Source: Dehalococcoidia bacterium
GTDB taxonomy: Bacteria > Chloroflexota > Dehalococcoidia > Lucifugimonadales > UBA3495
Direction: 5' to 3'
Length of the DNA stretch: 64,000 nt
Assembly: GCA_965204805.1 (NCBI GenBank)
Contig: CBDBFI010000002.1
Span: forward strand, 78,309 to 142,308
The translations under genes and the position numbers were made by a program. The notes under the pieces are model-generated. The model saw nothing but the letters and a program-made list of their open reading frames with translations, did not search any database and had not been told where the DNA came from. Below, in pieces: positions 31,900 to 41,856 of the stretch. Numbering within the stretch: the stretch's first letter is position 1; each line of letters starts with the position of its first letter.

Positions 31900-32289
31900 C
31901 TCATTTGCAATGCAGTCTCGTCTGTCAGTCCGGAGTGACCACTATCGTAGTAGTAGATAAACAGATATTTATATGTGACTCCTTCTACGATAGTCGGCAC
32001 CTGAAAGTGCCAACTGGGAACAGTGCCAACTGACCTTCTATTCTGGTGTCAACGCCGACGAGGTTCTAACCCAGTATCGCCGATGGTGATCTGACCTACC
32101 TTGTCGCTACTGGTCAGCGATTCCGTTAGTGCGCAATTGCCCCAGCCACTCGGTCAGTCGGAGTAGTTGTCGTAGCCGTTCTCTGCCGTCTGAGGAAGAC
32201 CTCATCCCTGTAACCGGAGAAAGGTCGGGAAGAATTATCAGCGCTAGAAAAGCAACCCGAAGTGAAAGAGCGATATATGAGGACAAATG

Positions 32290-32790
32290 ACGGCGCGCTG
32301 ACGTTGGCCTTGACCAGGGTGGAGTCCACGTGCATCTCCCGCGACAGCATACCCAGGCGCAACAATTCACTGTTAAGGCCGTCAAAGATGGCGGTGAAGC
32401 CCTCCCGCCCGACACGGTCGATGAAATAGCTGATGCTGGAATGGTCGAGCACAGTCTGCGGAAGGAGGCGATATTGTAAAGAGGGCAACCGAGGAGGGCT
32501 CTCACCATCACCTCGGGATGGATTTCTGGCCTGACTTCGGCAGGCCAGTACCGTTCCTCCAGGGGCGCCACCAGCTTGGCGAAGTCCAGTTGCTCATCGA
32601 TCTGGATCGGAAGGTGTTCGGGGCCAATGAAGTCGCGCAGCTGCTTGGTGGTGAACTGGAGCAGAGTGGAGTCCCTGCGGCAACGGCCAGTGGCCTGAGC
32701 GTCCCACCCCTTGCCAGCGACTGGCTGCAGGTCCACTTTAGACCTGAATCCGCCCCGGACTCCCGATTCGCCGGCTTTTTCAATACTCCT
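32290..32790 (-). pseudogene. IS1182-like (DUF772) transposase remnant
   Basis: 'LRDFIGPEHL...IDEQLDF...HPEVMVRALL', 'DHSSISYF', 'HVDSTLVKAN' in broken frames. Confidence 0.7.
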
Positions 32791-33373
32791 GATCTTGGTC
32801 ATCTACAGGCCTGCGCCAACGGAATCCCGCCCGCCCCCACTGCGGCCACCGGAAAGTGGTCAATTACGCCCGTCGCCTCACCCTGCATCTGTCACGGAGT
32901 TGGCTTTGCGAAACTCATTTCAATCGGGCCAGGGCCCGGTTGCGCGCCCTCTCTCTTGACGCTGCCCTCCTCAGCTACCGGATAGTCTGCCGGACAACCA
33001 GAGGTCCTCACTGAGTAGTGCCATCCCAGTCCGCGATGATTTACTCTCGCCTGCGACCCGCCGGTCTCCCACGTAGTCCCAGACTTGGACCGTCAACTCC
33101 CTCTCAATGGGGCTTCCTAGGCCCTCACCCGGTGAAATCTCTCGGGGTCAAAGCCTACCATCCATTGGTCTCGCCCCTCATCCCCAACCTTATTGGCATA
33201 TCCGCATCCCTTTGGTGGATTAGTGGTTAATAGCTTGCTATGATGAGGACGCTCCCCACGAGCAGTTTACCCGTTACTTGCACGACTTTTGAGGACGGAC
33301 CTCGTGCCTCCTTGTGTCGTGTGGGTCTGGTAGCTCGTGGGGAGCGTCCAACCTCAATCACAAGGAGGCCCCC

Positions 33374-33993
33374 ATGCAGCTGTTTCCTCTACTCCCTCTG
33401 TTTCTGATTCCCTCCCCGCAACGACCTCTCTCCAAAACCGTCGGGCCGATTTTGCTGGCCTTTCTCTTGATTCTCCCGACCCTCGCTTGCGTCGGCGACG
33501 ACAGTTCTTCCGGGGGCGGGAGCGCAACTAGCCGCGTCGGCGGCGACGACGCGGTGTTGAAGCTGCTCCCCGATGACACTTCCCGAATACAGGTGGCGTC
33601 GGCGGACGCAATTACCGGCGGCTCCGTACCCCAGAGCATGACGGACCTGTTTGAGAGGACATGGGAGAACTACTCCCTGGGCGGTGAGGACGAGATCGTA
33701 ACCGTTGACGACGTTGGCAAAGTCGTCTGGACCATCTCCCCTGAAGGCGGAATCGTGATGCTGGGCGGTGGGCGGATAGATTTCGCCGCCATTGGTCAAT
33801 GGCTGGCCGATGAGGAAACCAACATCGGAAAAACGTCATACCAAGGCCAGGATATGTGGGGGGACGATCACACCGCCATGGTTCTCCTGCAGAGCGACGG
33901 CTACCTGGTGATCGGAGATACCGATGCGGTCAAGGAGCTGCTGAAGGTCAAGGCGCGGGGCACCGGATCGCTGGCGGATGATTCGGAAAACGG
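33374..33993 (+). pseudogene. 5' half of a lipoprotein/TRAP-SBP gene interrupted by IS607
   Basis: Lipobox TLAC; the frame joins 35793 onward when the IS is removed (DSENG-LKKAYEDAAASWYVLASD). Confidence 0.8.
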
Positions 33994-34050
33994 TTAAATC
34001 CCAGACGCCTATTCATTGTTCATCACTGAGCATTACGTTAATATGAACGT

Positions 34051-34602
34051 ATGTCCTATTTGCCAAGCCGCAAAGCCGCAGAGCGGCTCGGACTCCATCC
34101 CCAAACTCTGAGGCGCTATGCCCGCCAAGGGAAAATCCCCTTCTACCGCAACTTTGGAGGCCAACGTCTCTATGACGTCGACACCTTCCTGCGGGGACAG
34201 ACAGATCCCGAGACCGTCTGCTACTGCCGGGTCAGCTCCGCCAAGCAACGGGGAGACCTCCAACGTCAAGTCGCCCAAATGTGGGAACTCTATCCCACTG
34301 CCCAAATTGTCACTGACGTCGCCGGTGGACTCAACTGGAAACGCAAGGGACTCCTCTCCATACTGGAGCGACTTCGCCACGGAGATAAGCTCCAGATTGT
34401 GGTTGCCCATCGGGACGGACTCGCCAGATTCGGCTTTGAACTCATCCAGTGGCTGGTCCAGCAAAACGGCGTCTCAGTCGTGGTTCTCAACCAGCCGGAT
34501 GCCAGCCCCGAATCCGAACTCACCGGGGATCTACTCGCCATCCTCCATTCTTTCAGCTGCCGTATGCACGGACTCCGCAGATACCAGAGAGCAATCGCTT
34601 AG
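34051..34602 (+). CDS. tnpA: IS607 serine transposase (DRL changed to DGL, possibly impaired)
   Basis: HTH, YCRVSSAKQRGDLQRQ, HRDGLARFGF. Confidence 0.9.
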   Translation: MSYLPSRKAAERLGLHPQTLRRYARQGKIPFYRNFGGQRLYDVDTFLRGQTDPETVCYCRVSSAKQRGDLQRQVAQMWELYPTAQIVTDVAGGLNWKRKGLLSILERLRHGDKLQIVVAHRDGLARFGFELIQWLVQQNGVSVVVLNQPDASPESELTGDLLAILHSFSCRMHGLRRYQRAIA

Positions 34603-35785
34603 GATAAGACTCTATCCGACCACCCAGCAGAAGCTGACGATAAGGACTTGGCTTGACGCCAGCCGGTGGACCTACAACCTTACGGTTGAGATACTTCGTT
34701 CCGGGGCCCCGGCCAACTGGCAAAGCATAGCCAGGACAGTAATGGCCGAGGTAGGCCGTCGACACCCGGAATGGGAAGCAGTGCCCTACCAGGTGAAACG
34801 TACCTCGGTGCGAGACGCCTGCCGGGCCATGGGCAACCTGAAAAAGGCCAACAAGGAGTTGGCCGAGGCCAAGGCCAAAGGCGAAAGGCTGGATGAGGAT
34901 TTTGCCGAGCTGAATTTCCGCAGCCGGAAGAATCCCAAGCAGTCCTGCTACATCCCCGACGACGCCGTGACCAAGCACGGCGTCTACCACAAAATTCTGG
35001 GACCCGTGAGAATGGCCGAGGCCGTTCCTGAATATCCGAAGGAATCCCGGCTGGTGAGGCAACGAGGCTTCTACTGGCTGGCGGTACCCCACCCGGCGCA
35101 GTGCGACATCGAGACCCCAAGTGGTGATGGCGTGGTGGCGCTGGACCCCGGCGTACGCACCTTCCTCACGTTCTTCTCCGAAACCGAATGCGGCAAGATA
35201 GGCTACCGGGCCTTCGGGCGCATCCAGCGCCTCTGCCACTGGCTGGACGGCCTCATCGGCCGGACGGATACCGAGCCCGGCCGCCACCGGCGGCGCCGGA
35301 TGCGCCGGGCCCAAGCCCGGATGCGTCAGAAGATCACCTCCCTGGTGGATGAGCTCCACTGGCAGGCCGTCCGCTGGCTTACCAGCAACTACAAAATCAT
35401 CCTGCTGCCGACCTTCGAGACCCAGGACATGACCCGCCGCGCAGGCCGGAAGATACGCAGCAAGACTGCGAGGATGATGCTGAGCTTCCGTCACTATGAG
35501 TTCAAGCAGCGCCTGATCTGGAAGGCATGGCAACGGGGAGCCTTGGTGTTGGAGGTCAACGAGGCCTACACCAGCAAGACCTGTAGCTGGGACGGCAGCG
35601 TTGAGCAGAAGCTGGGTGGCCGGGCAGTGATCCGGGATGAAAGCGGTTTCGGGATGGACCGGGACGTGAACGGCGCCCGCGGGATCTTCCTGCGGGCTTT
35701 GGGAGATAGCCCCTTCCTGCGGACCATGGCCACGCAGGTTGCATCGCGGCCGACGGAGCCCTGCTCAACATTGGTCAGCGTTTAA
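34118..35785 (+). CDS. tnpB: TnpB, Fanzor-like clade; start uncertain
   Basis: ALDPGVRTF, ILLPTFE, VNEAYTSKTC, DRDVNGARGIFL. Confidence 0.9.
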   Translation: MPAKGKSPSTATLEANVSMTSTPSCGDRQIPRPSATAGSAPPSNGETSNVKSPKCGNSIPLPKLSLTSPVDSTGNARDSSPYWSDFATEISSRLWLPIGTDSPDSALNSSSGWSSKTASQSWFSTSRMPAPNPNSPGIYSPSSILSAAVCTDSADTREQSLRIRLYPTTQQKLTIRTWLDASRWTYNLTVEILRSGAPANWQSIARTVMAEVGRRHPEWEAVPYQVKRTSVRDACRAMGNLKKANKELAEAKAKGERLDEDFAELNFRSRKNPKQSCYIPDDAVTKHGVYHKILGPVRMAEAVPEYPKESRLVRQRGFYWLAVPHPAQCDIETPSGDGVVALDPGVRTFLTFFSETECGKIGYRAFGRIQRLCHWLDGLIGRTDTEPGRHRRRRMRRAQARMRQKITSLVDELHWQAVRWLTSNYKIILLPTFETQDMTRRAGRKIRSKTARMMLSFRHYEFKQRLIWKAWQRGALVLEVNEAYTSKTCSWDGSVEQKLGGRAVIRDESGFGMDRDVNGARGIFLRALGDSPFLRTMATQVASRPTEPCSTLVSV

Positions 35786-35792
35786 CTATCGG

Positions 35793-37524
35793 TCTGAAGA
35801 AGGCTTACGAGGATGCCGCCGCCAGCTGGTACGTCTTGGCGTCCGACAATTGCGACGCGATTTCCAGCGAACAGCGGGCCGAATCCCAGGCGTTGGACCT
35901 CGAAGACTGGATAGAGGACCGGAACTACCGGTGGGACATCGACGAGGTAAAAACCGATGGCGTGTCCGTCGAGGCCAGGATGTCCGGGGACGAGGAGGAT
36001 TTCAGCACACGGTGGATAGGCACCGACCGCGTATCGACACCGCCCGTCCCGTCCACGGCGACGCCGGAACCGGAGTCGAGAGACACGACCGGGACCAGGA
36101 CCACATCGAGGGCGGCCCCAACGGAGCGTCCATCTCGGGGGACTACACCGGCACCGACGGCGACATTGTCGCCGTCGGTTTCTGTTACCGCCGCACCATG
36201 GCCCACGCCCACGCCCGTAACGCCGCGAGCAACGTCGCTACCGGGCACACAACCGACACTGGCGCCCACGACCACCGCGGTCCCGGCACTGTCGAACCTG
36301 CCCGCAAATCTGGTGGAGTATGCGCTCAGGGCCGCAGGCGGCCCCGGCGCGGTCTATGTCGGCGACCTGACGCATCTGGTGGGCCCCGCCCCCGGCGATG
36401 TTTTGAGCGACCAGTATGAAGAGGTCTCCCTGGACGCCCTGGAGCGGCACCGGTGGATTTACGAGTCGGACTACTACGAGTCGCTGCTGGACAGGGCCAG
36501 CCTGACCAATCCCACGCAGATGACCTACGACGGGCAGGCATTCATGCTTCAGCTCACCTGCGTTGACCGCGCCCTGTTCTCCTGCAGGCTTCTGGAAAAC
36601 TACCTGGTCCCCAACCTCGAGGCGCGCACCGACGGCCGGTTCGGGCTGGAGGTCGTCTCGCTCTCGGAGATTGGCGTGGCCGGGGACGATGTTATGGAGT
36701 TGATACGCCAGGGCGCTCTGTCGATGGCGACCGTCTATGGCGGCTACGCGGCCTGGAGCCTGCCCCAGTTCGACATTCAGAACCTCTGGGGCATCCACGC
36801 GTCCCCGGAGCAGGAGTTCGAGACCAGCCAGGCCATCGCTGGAGACATCGACCGGCTGACGGAGGCCGCGACCGGCGGCAGCGCCGCGATGAGCCGTAGC
36901 TGGTACGCGGGAAGCGACCTGTACCTCTTCTGCCGGGAGCCGCTGTCGACGCCGGACGACTTCCGGGGCCGGAAGATACGCAGCCAGGGCGCGGCCATCT
37001 CCGACTGGGTTGAGGGCATGGGAGCCGAGGCCCAGTCCCTGCCCTACGCTGAGGTCTATACCGCCCTTGAACGCAGGGTTCTGGACTGTGCAATCACCGA
37101 CGCCAACACCGCTTACTGGCAACGCTGGTACGAGGTCGTCCGCTACATGGCCGGCCCACTGTACCATTTCCCGTTCCACAACAACGTCGTTAACCGCGAC
37201 GTCTGGCAAGTTATCCCTGCGGACCTGCAACAGATTCTCCTCGAAGAGGCAGCCAAGACGGAGCTGGAAGCCCTGCGCCTCGCCGCCGCCCGGAACGAAA
37301 TCTGGCTACACAGGCACATTGACGCGGGCATGGACTTCACACCCTTCTCAGATGAGGTGCGCCGCCACAGCCTAGAGGCGGCAATCAGCAGCGTTATCCC
37401 CAACTGGATAGAGCGAGTAGGTAGCTCCAGGGATCCGATAGTCTCCAACACCTTCAACAACAGGGTCGGTCCCATTGTCGGCCTCCACGTCCCGGGAGGC
37501 GGTTTGGTGGTCAGGACGAACTAG
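35793..37524 (+). pseudogene. 3' half of the interrupted gene: PT linker plus DctP-like TRAP substrate-binding domain
   Basis: 'DDFRGRKIRS', 'MGAEAQSLPYAEVYTALERRVLDCAIT', 'WQVIPADLQQILLEEA'. Confidence 0.8.
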
Positions 37525-37685
37525 CGCCTTCGGCCCCACCACCCGGCGGTTCCTTCTCACCCGAGTTGAATCGCCGCAGGCTGGGAGCGGCAATGAACAG
37601 CGTGATCTCCAATCGGATAAACCGCGCGGGCGGCCCTCTTCAGCATTTTGCGTAAATGCGGCCGCAAGCAGGACGAGACGGAAAT

Positions 37686-39029
37686 ATGGCAAAGCTGTTG
37701 CGGGCCCTGGCAGGGCTATTGCTGGGAATGATGGTCTTCGCCGGCCTCTTCTACCACCTGGTGGTGGTCAACGTCTCCCAGCGAATTGAGAATCCCGAGG
37801 TCTACAACGTCGCCATTGAGGACACCGGTGCCTACAATCGCATCTACGGCGAGGTTCTGGTGGATGAGGCGCTCGAGGACCAGACGGGAAATCTCTTGGG
37901 CGACCTGGAGATCGAGGTCAATGAAGAAGCGGTTGCGGTGCTCCGGGAAGTGATGCCTCCGGCCTATCTCAAAGAGCAGACCGAGGCCAACATTGAGCGG
38001 TTCACCGGCTACCTTCGCTACGAGAGCGAGGACCTGGAGATTTACATCGGGCTGGAGGAACCGCTGGGTCGCATGGAGACCGCGATTCTGAATAAAGCGC
38101 ACCAGGTCATTGACCAACTGGAGATCGAAGAGCCTGCGTCGTCCGGTTGCTCTCCGTCGGAGGTGCAACGATTGGCCGCCGCCTCTGCGGAACCGGCGGC
38201 CCGGTGGTCCCAAGGGCAGCTGCCGGAATCCGCGCCTTCACTCCACATTCTGGACCGGGAATGCCGCCGGAGAGAATTCGACCGCTGGTTTGACCTGGTG
38301 CTGGATGATCCGGCCATGAACTCACAGGCGGCGCAGATTCTCGAAGGCAGGAAAGACGCAATCCGGGAGCCGTTTGTCGAGGGCGACACCAGGGCATTCC
38401 TGAAAGCGGCCGCCGGTCCGCTGGTCGAGCCACTGATTGAGGACTCGGTGGCCGACATTCGCCGCAACCTCCAGCGTGGCGACCGTTTCGACGTGCTGGA
38501 ATGGATTGCCGAAGAATCCGGCAACCTGACCAGGGAGGACATGGAAGAGCAGGCCGAATTATTACGCGGTGTGGTGAGCATCGCCAATGGCTCCGGCAGT
38601 ATTGTTTCGCTGGTCATAGTCGTCGTGGGTGTCCTGGCCATGGCCCTGCTGTATCTTCCCAAGCCGGCGGCGATGCTGCGCTGGCCCGGCATCACACTGA
38701 TGATGGGTGGGGGCGTCTGCCTGATAGTGGGGTTCGTGATCAACTCCACCATCCCCGGCCGGATCAGGGATGCTGTCACCGACGCCGTATATCACTCCCC
38801 TGACGTGCCGGTGACAGCCATGGACTTGGCGGGCGACCTGGCCGAGTCCTTCGCTGGGCAGGCCAGTGCCGGCTTCATACTGCCGGCTGTCATCGTGATG
38901 GTTATTGGGACAGTGCTTATCGCGGCGTCTCTGCTGTCCGGCCCCTTGTCGGGAGCGGCTGGGCTACGGCTCCTTCCTGGAAATCATCCTCAACGACGAG
39001 GGCAACCTCCGCCTCCACCTACGCATTGA
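37686..39029 (+). CDS. Membrane protein (N-terminal TM, large soluble domain, three C-terminal TMs)
   Basis: Hydropathy pattern; the 3' end runs into an istB remnant. Confidence 0.7.
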   Translation: MAKLLRALAGLLLGMMVFAGLFYHLVVVNVSQRIENPEVYNVAIEDTGAYNRIYGEVLVDEALEDQTGNLLGDLEIEVNEEAVAVLREVMPPAYLKEQTEANIERFTGYLRYESEDLEIYIGLEEPLGRMETAILNKAHQVIDQLEIEEPASSGCSPSEVQRLAAASAEPAARWSQGQLPESAPSLHILDRECRRREFDRWFDLVLDDPAMNSQAAQILEGRKDAIREPFVEGDTRAFLKAAAGPLVEPLIEDSVADIRRNLQRGDRFDVLEWIAEESGNLTREDMEEQAELLRGVVSIANGSGSIVSLVIVVVGVLAMALLYLPKPAAMLRWPGITLMMGGGVCLIVGFVINSTIPGRIRDAVTDAVYHSPDVPVTAMDLAGDLAESFAGQASAGFILPAVIVMVIGTVLIAASLLSGPLSGAAGLRLLPGNHPQRRGQPPPPPTH

Positions 39030-39651
39030 ACTCAGGTTCAAAAACGTCGGTTTCGAGGAGACCTGCCGCCTGGAGTCTTCGACTGGTCGGCGTCAATTAC
39101 CTTGGACTGGACCACCAGCTGCTGGACGCTGCCTTCTCTTGGAGTTTCTTGAGAAGCGGGCACACGTCCTGCTGGTTGGACCCGCCGGAGCCGGAGTGGG
39201 CAAGAGCTTCTTGGCCGAAGCCCTGGTCTATGCCGCCGTCAGGGCCGGAAACACCGTGCGCTTCGTCCACGCCGACGATTTCTTCAAGGTCATGGCTCAA
39301 GCCAGGGGAGACAACTCTCTGGAGCGCGCCTTCCGATCCTTCCTGTATCCGGACCTGCTGATCCTGGACGACCTGGGCCTGCACTGCCTCACCTCCCAGC
39401 AGTCCGCCGACCTCTACGAACTGATCCTCGACCGGCACCGGGCCTCCAGTTTCGTGATCACCAGCAACCGGGCGTTGGAAGAAAGGCTGAGGCTGTTCGA
39501 GGATCCCATCCCAGGCAACAGCGCTCTCGACCGGTTGGTCGACGCCGGCCATTGGATCGTCATCGGGGGCTCCAGCTACCGGGAACGGCTCTACCCACAC
39601 CGGGTCCTGCTGGAGGCAAAGGAGGTGATTGACCGGCCAACGCCAACCTGA
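38960..39651 (+). pseudogene. istB: IS21 IstB ATPase remnant
   Basis: 'LVGPAGAGVGKSF', 'LLILDDLGL', 'ITSN', 'ALDRL', 'GSSYR'; N-terminus missing. Confidence 0.8.
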
Positions 39652-39975
39652 TACAAGTCCACATTGCGGGTAATCAGAGCGGTCGGGTGTCCGTGAAGAT
39701 AATTGGCCTGATGTTGCTGAATAAAGGCAAAGTAACATTCCGCCACAAGATGGCCGCCGAAAACGCCCTCCGATCCCCGGCAGCGTTCAGACTGACTGAC
39801 GCGCCGCAGAGATGACCACTCCGGGACAGGAAGGTGACATGACGACCCATTTCGACGAGGACTGCCCGGCCATGAAGCCGGGGGATGAGATGGCCGACAC
39901 AGAGAACCTCGCCATTGAAGGTTGGGCCTACAACTGCAGGACCTGCCGGTACACGGAGCAACGAATTCACAGGGC

Positions 39976-40290
39976 ATGGGAAGGGGGTTCCTGAACGCAC
40001 TGCAACTGGCGTTGTACCGGCTGGACGAGATACAGACGGCCATGGAGGTGGGACGCTCCAAGCTGCAGATATTCCGGCTGCTGGTAAACGACTGGCGAGA
40101 CCGGGAGACGGTGTGGAGCCCCGAGTTCCTGCCCCTGATGATCATGAGCGAGGAGGAGATCATGGCCTACTCGTGTCCTGACTGCGAAAGGGGAATGTTC
40201 CACTCCCGGACCGAGGATGATGTGGTCGTCTGGGCATGTGGCGACTGTGGACGTGAAATGCGGATGATGACCGGGAGCGAGGGTTTTTAG
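39976..40290 (+). CDS. Hypothetical protein with C-terminal zinc ribbon
   Basis: CPDC...CGDCG. Confidence 0.45.
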   Translation: MGRGFLNALQLALYRLDEIQTAMEVGRSKLQIFRLLVNDWRDRETVWSPEFLPLMIMSEEEIMAYSCPDCERGMFHSRTEDDVVVWACGDCGREMRMMTGSEGF

Positions 40291-40423
40291 CTGAAAGTCT
40301 GGCCAGGCCAGGAAAAGGAGAGTTGCCTCATTCAACCCGGCTTCTATAATCGGCACAGGGCTTCGAGAATTGTCACCAGTAATCTCCTTCACCCGCGATT
40401 ATTCGGACAAGGGCTTTCAGGAA

Positions 40424-41494
40424 ATGCCAAGGACGGGTAACAACGACGCGATATCCCGGGCGGTCTCCGACATCAACGCGATTCCGTCTGTGTATCTAAC
40501 GGGCAGGGCGTCCGTGTCCCAGGGCGTGGTGCTCCGGCTGCTGAATGCCGCCGGTTGGGACGTCTTCGACCTGTCCCAGGTGATGCCAGGTTACAGGTCC
40601 GGAAGCATGGAAATCGGCTACGCCCTCTCGACGCCGCGAAGCGGTTCAGGGGAGTCGCCATCGCCCCGGGTCCTGGTCGAGGTCCGGTGGCCGGGCGAAA
40701 GCCTGGAAGCCACGCGGACGGTCAACCGTCTGCTGAGTTGCTGCGCAAGAGAGGGGACTCCCCTGGGCGTCCTGACCGACGGCCTACGGTGGCGCTTGTT
40801 CCTCCACACTGCCGGTGAGGACCAGCGGTACAGCAACTTCTGCGAGATCGACCTTGCCGGAAACCCGGACGACGCAGTAGAAGAAGTCAACCGCTACCTC
40901 GTCAGAGACAGGGTGGCCAGCGGTCAGGCGGTCAGGTCGGCGGAGAGGCTCCTTCGGGACCGGAACCGGGACGAGTCCAGCAGGCAGGCCATCATGGAGG
41001 GCTGGCGAGAGGTGGTGGTCGGAATGGACCACGGGCTTCTGGCGCTGGTGGCCACCGCCGCCGAGCAGAGGACGGGACTCCGGCCCGACAACCGGCTGGT
41101 GCGCCGGGTGCTCACCGACAGTCGGTCCGAATTGCTGGCGTCCGGAACGGAGAGCGTGGCAGTTGGCGCTCCTCATTCCCGCACGAGGCCGGCTTCCTTC
41201 AGCCTGGGAGCGGAAACGAGGAACGTCTCGTCATGGGACGACCTGCTGGTGGATGTCTGCCTTATGATGCGGGATCTCCACCCCGGGGACTTCGGGAGAA
41301 TCCCGGAGATACGCGGCCGGAGAAACCCCCACTTTTCCCTGGTTGCGGAGGAGCTGCAGGTACCCCGTCCCATCGGGGACACGGGGATATTCGCTTCCTG
41401 CCAGGGTAGCAGCGCGGTGCTCGCCGCTCGCGCCCGGCGGGTTGTTGAGTTCTTTGGGCACCCGCCGGATTCCCTGGTCATCAGGACCGGGTAA
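40424..41494 (+). CDS. HsdR N-terminal-like nuclease-fold protein with possible SeqA-like C-domain
   Basis: 'LLNAAGWDVFD', 'LVEVR', 'GVLTDGLRWRLF'; C-terminal 'GRRNPHFS...IGDTGIF'. Confidence 0.6.
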   Translation: MPRTGNNDAISRAVSDINAIPSVYLTGRASVSQGVVLRLLNAAGWDVFDLSQVMPGYRSGSMEIGYALSTPRSGSGESPSPRVLVEVRWPGESLEATRTVNRLLSCCAREGTPLGVLTDGLRWRLFLHTAGEDQRYSNFCEIDLAGNPDDAVEEVNRYLVRDRVASGQAVRSAERLLRDRNRDESSRQAIMEGWREVVVGMDHGLLALVATAAEQRTGLRPDNRLVRRVLTDSRSELLASGTESVAVGAPHSRTRPASFSLGAETRNVSSWDDLLVDVCLMMRDLHPGDFGRIPEIRGRRNPHFSLVAEELQVPRPIGDTGIFASCQGSSAVLAARARRVVEFFGHPPDSLVIRTG

Positions 41495-41856
41495 CCGCCC
41501 GGCGATAGGCTGCTCAAGACGGAGAAGCGGTCGCTGGCCGGATTGAACGACGGTCCCGCTGACCGGCGCTGGCAGCCTGCAGCCCACCCAGCGCCGGAAT
41601 CCCGTTGACGGCGACTCTCCGGCCAAGATCATCAAAGCCAGCGAAGAAATTCAGGATGGCATCCGGATGGCGATTCCAAGCGAAATGCAATACCCAGTCA
41701 GCGAGGAACTGCCGCGCCTGGAGCAGGACGCCGTTTCCAGCGGGAGACGAACGAGACAACCTATCCGTCTTGGAAGCAGCAGCTCCGGAGGATCAGGCCC
41801 GGGCGGCGTTACTGCATCACCTACTTCGGTGAACCGCTACCCACTAACTGGGATTG

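Larger units (their letters stand above)
33992..35792 (+). mobile_element. IS607-family element (tnpA + tnpB)
   Basis: GG at both junctions; right end TTGGTCAGCGTTTAACTATCGG is identical to that at 2726-2747. Confidence 0.92.

Noticed and set aside
33992-35792. IStron (group I intron plus IS607), because it sits inside a gene
   Set aside because: Only ~57 nt lie between the left end and tnpA, leaving no room for an intron core.
35793-35808. TnpB guide TCTGAAGAAGGCT resembling the junction at 25521-25530 (GAAGAAGGCT)
   Set aside because: Only 10 nt match, the first guide positions mismatch, and there is no GG TAM; likely chance.
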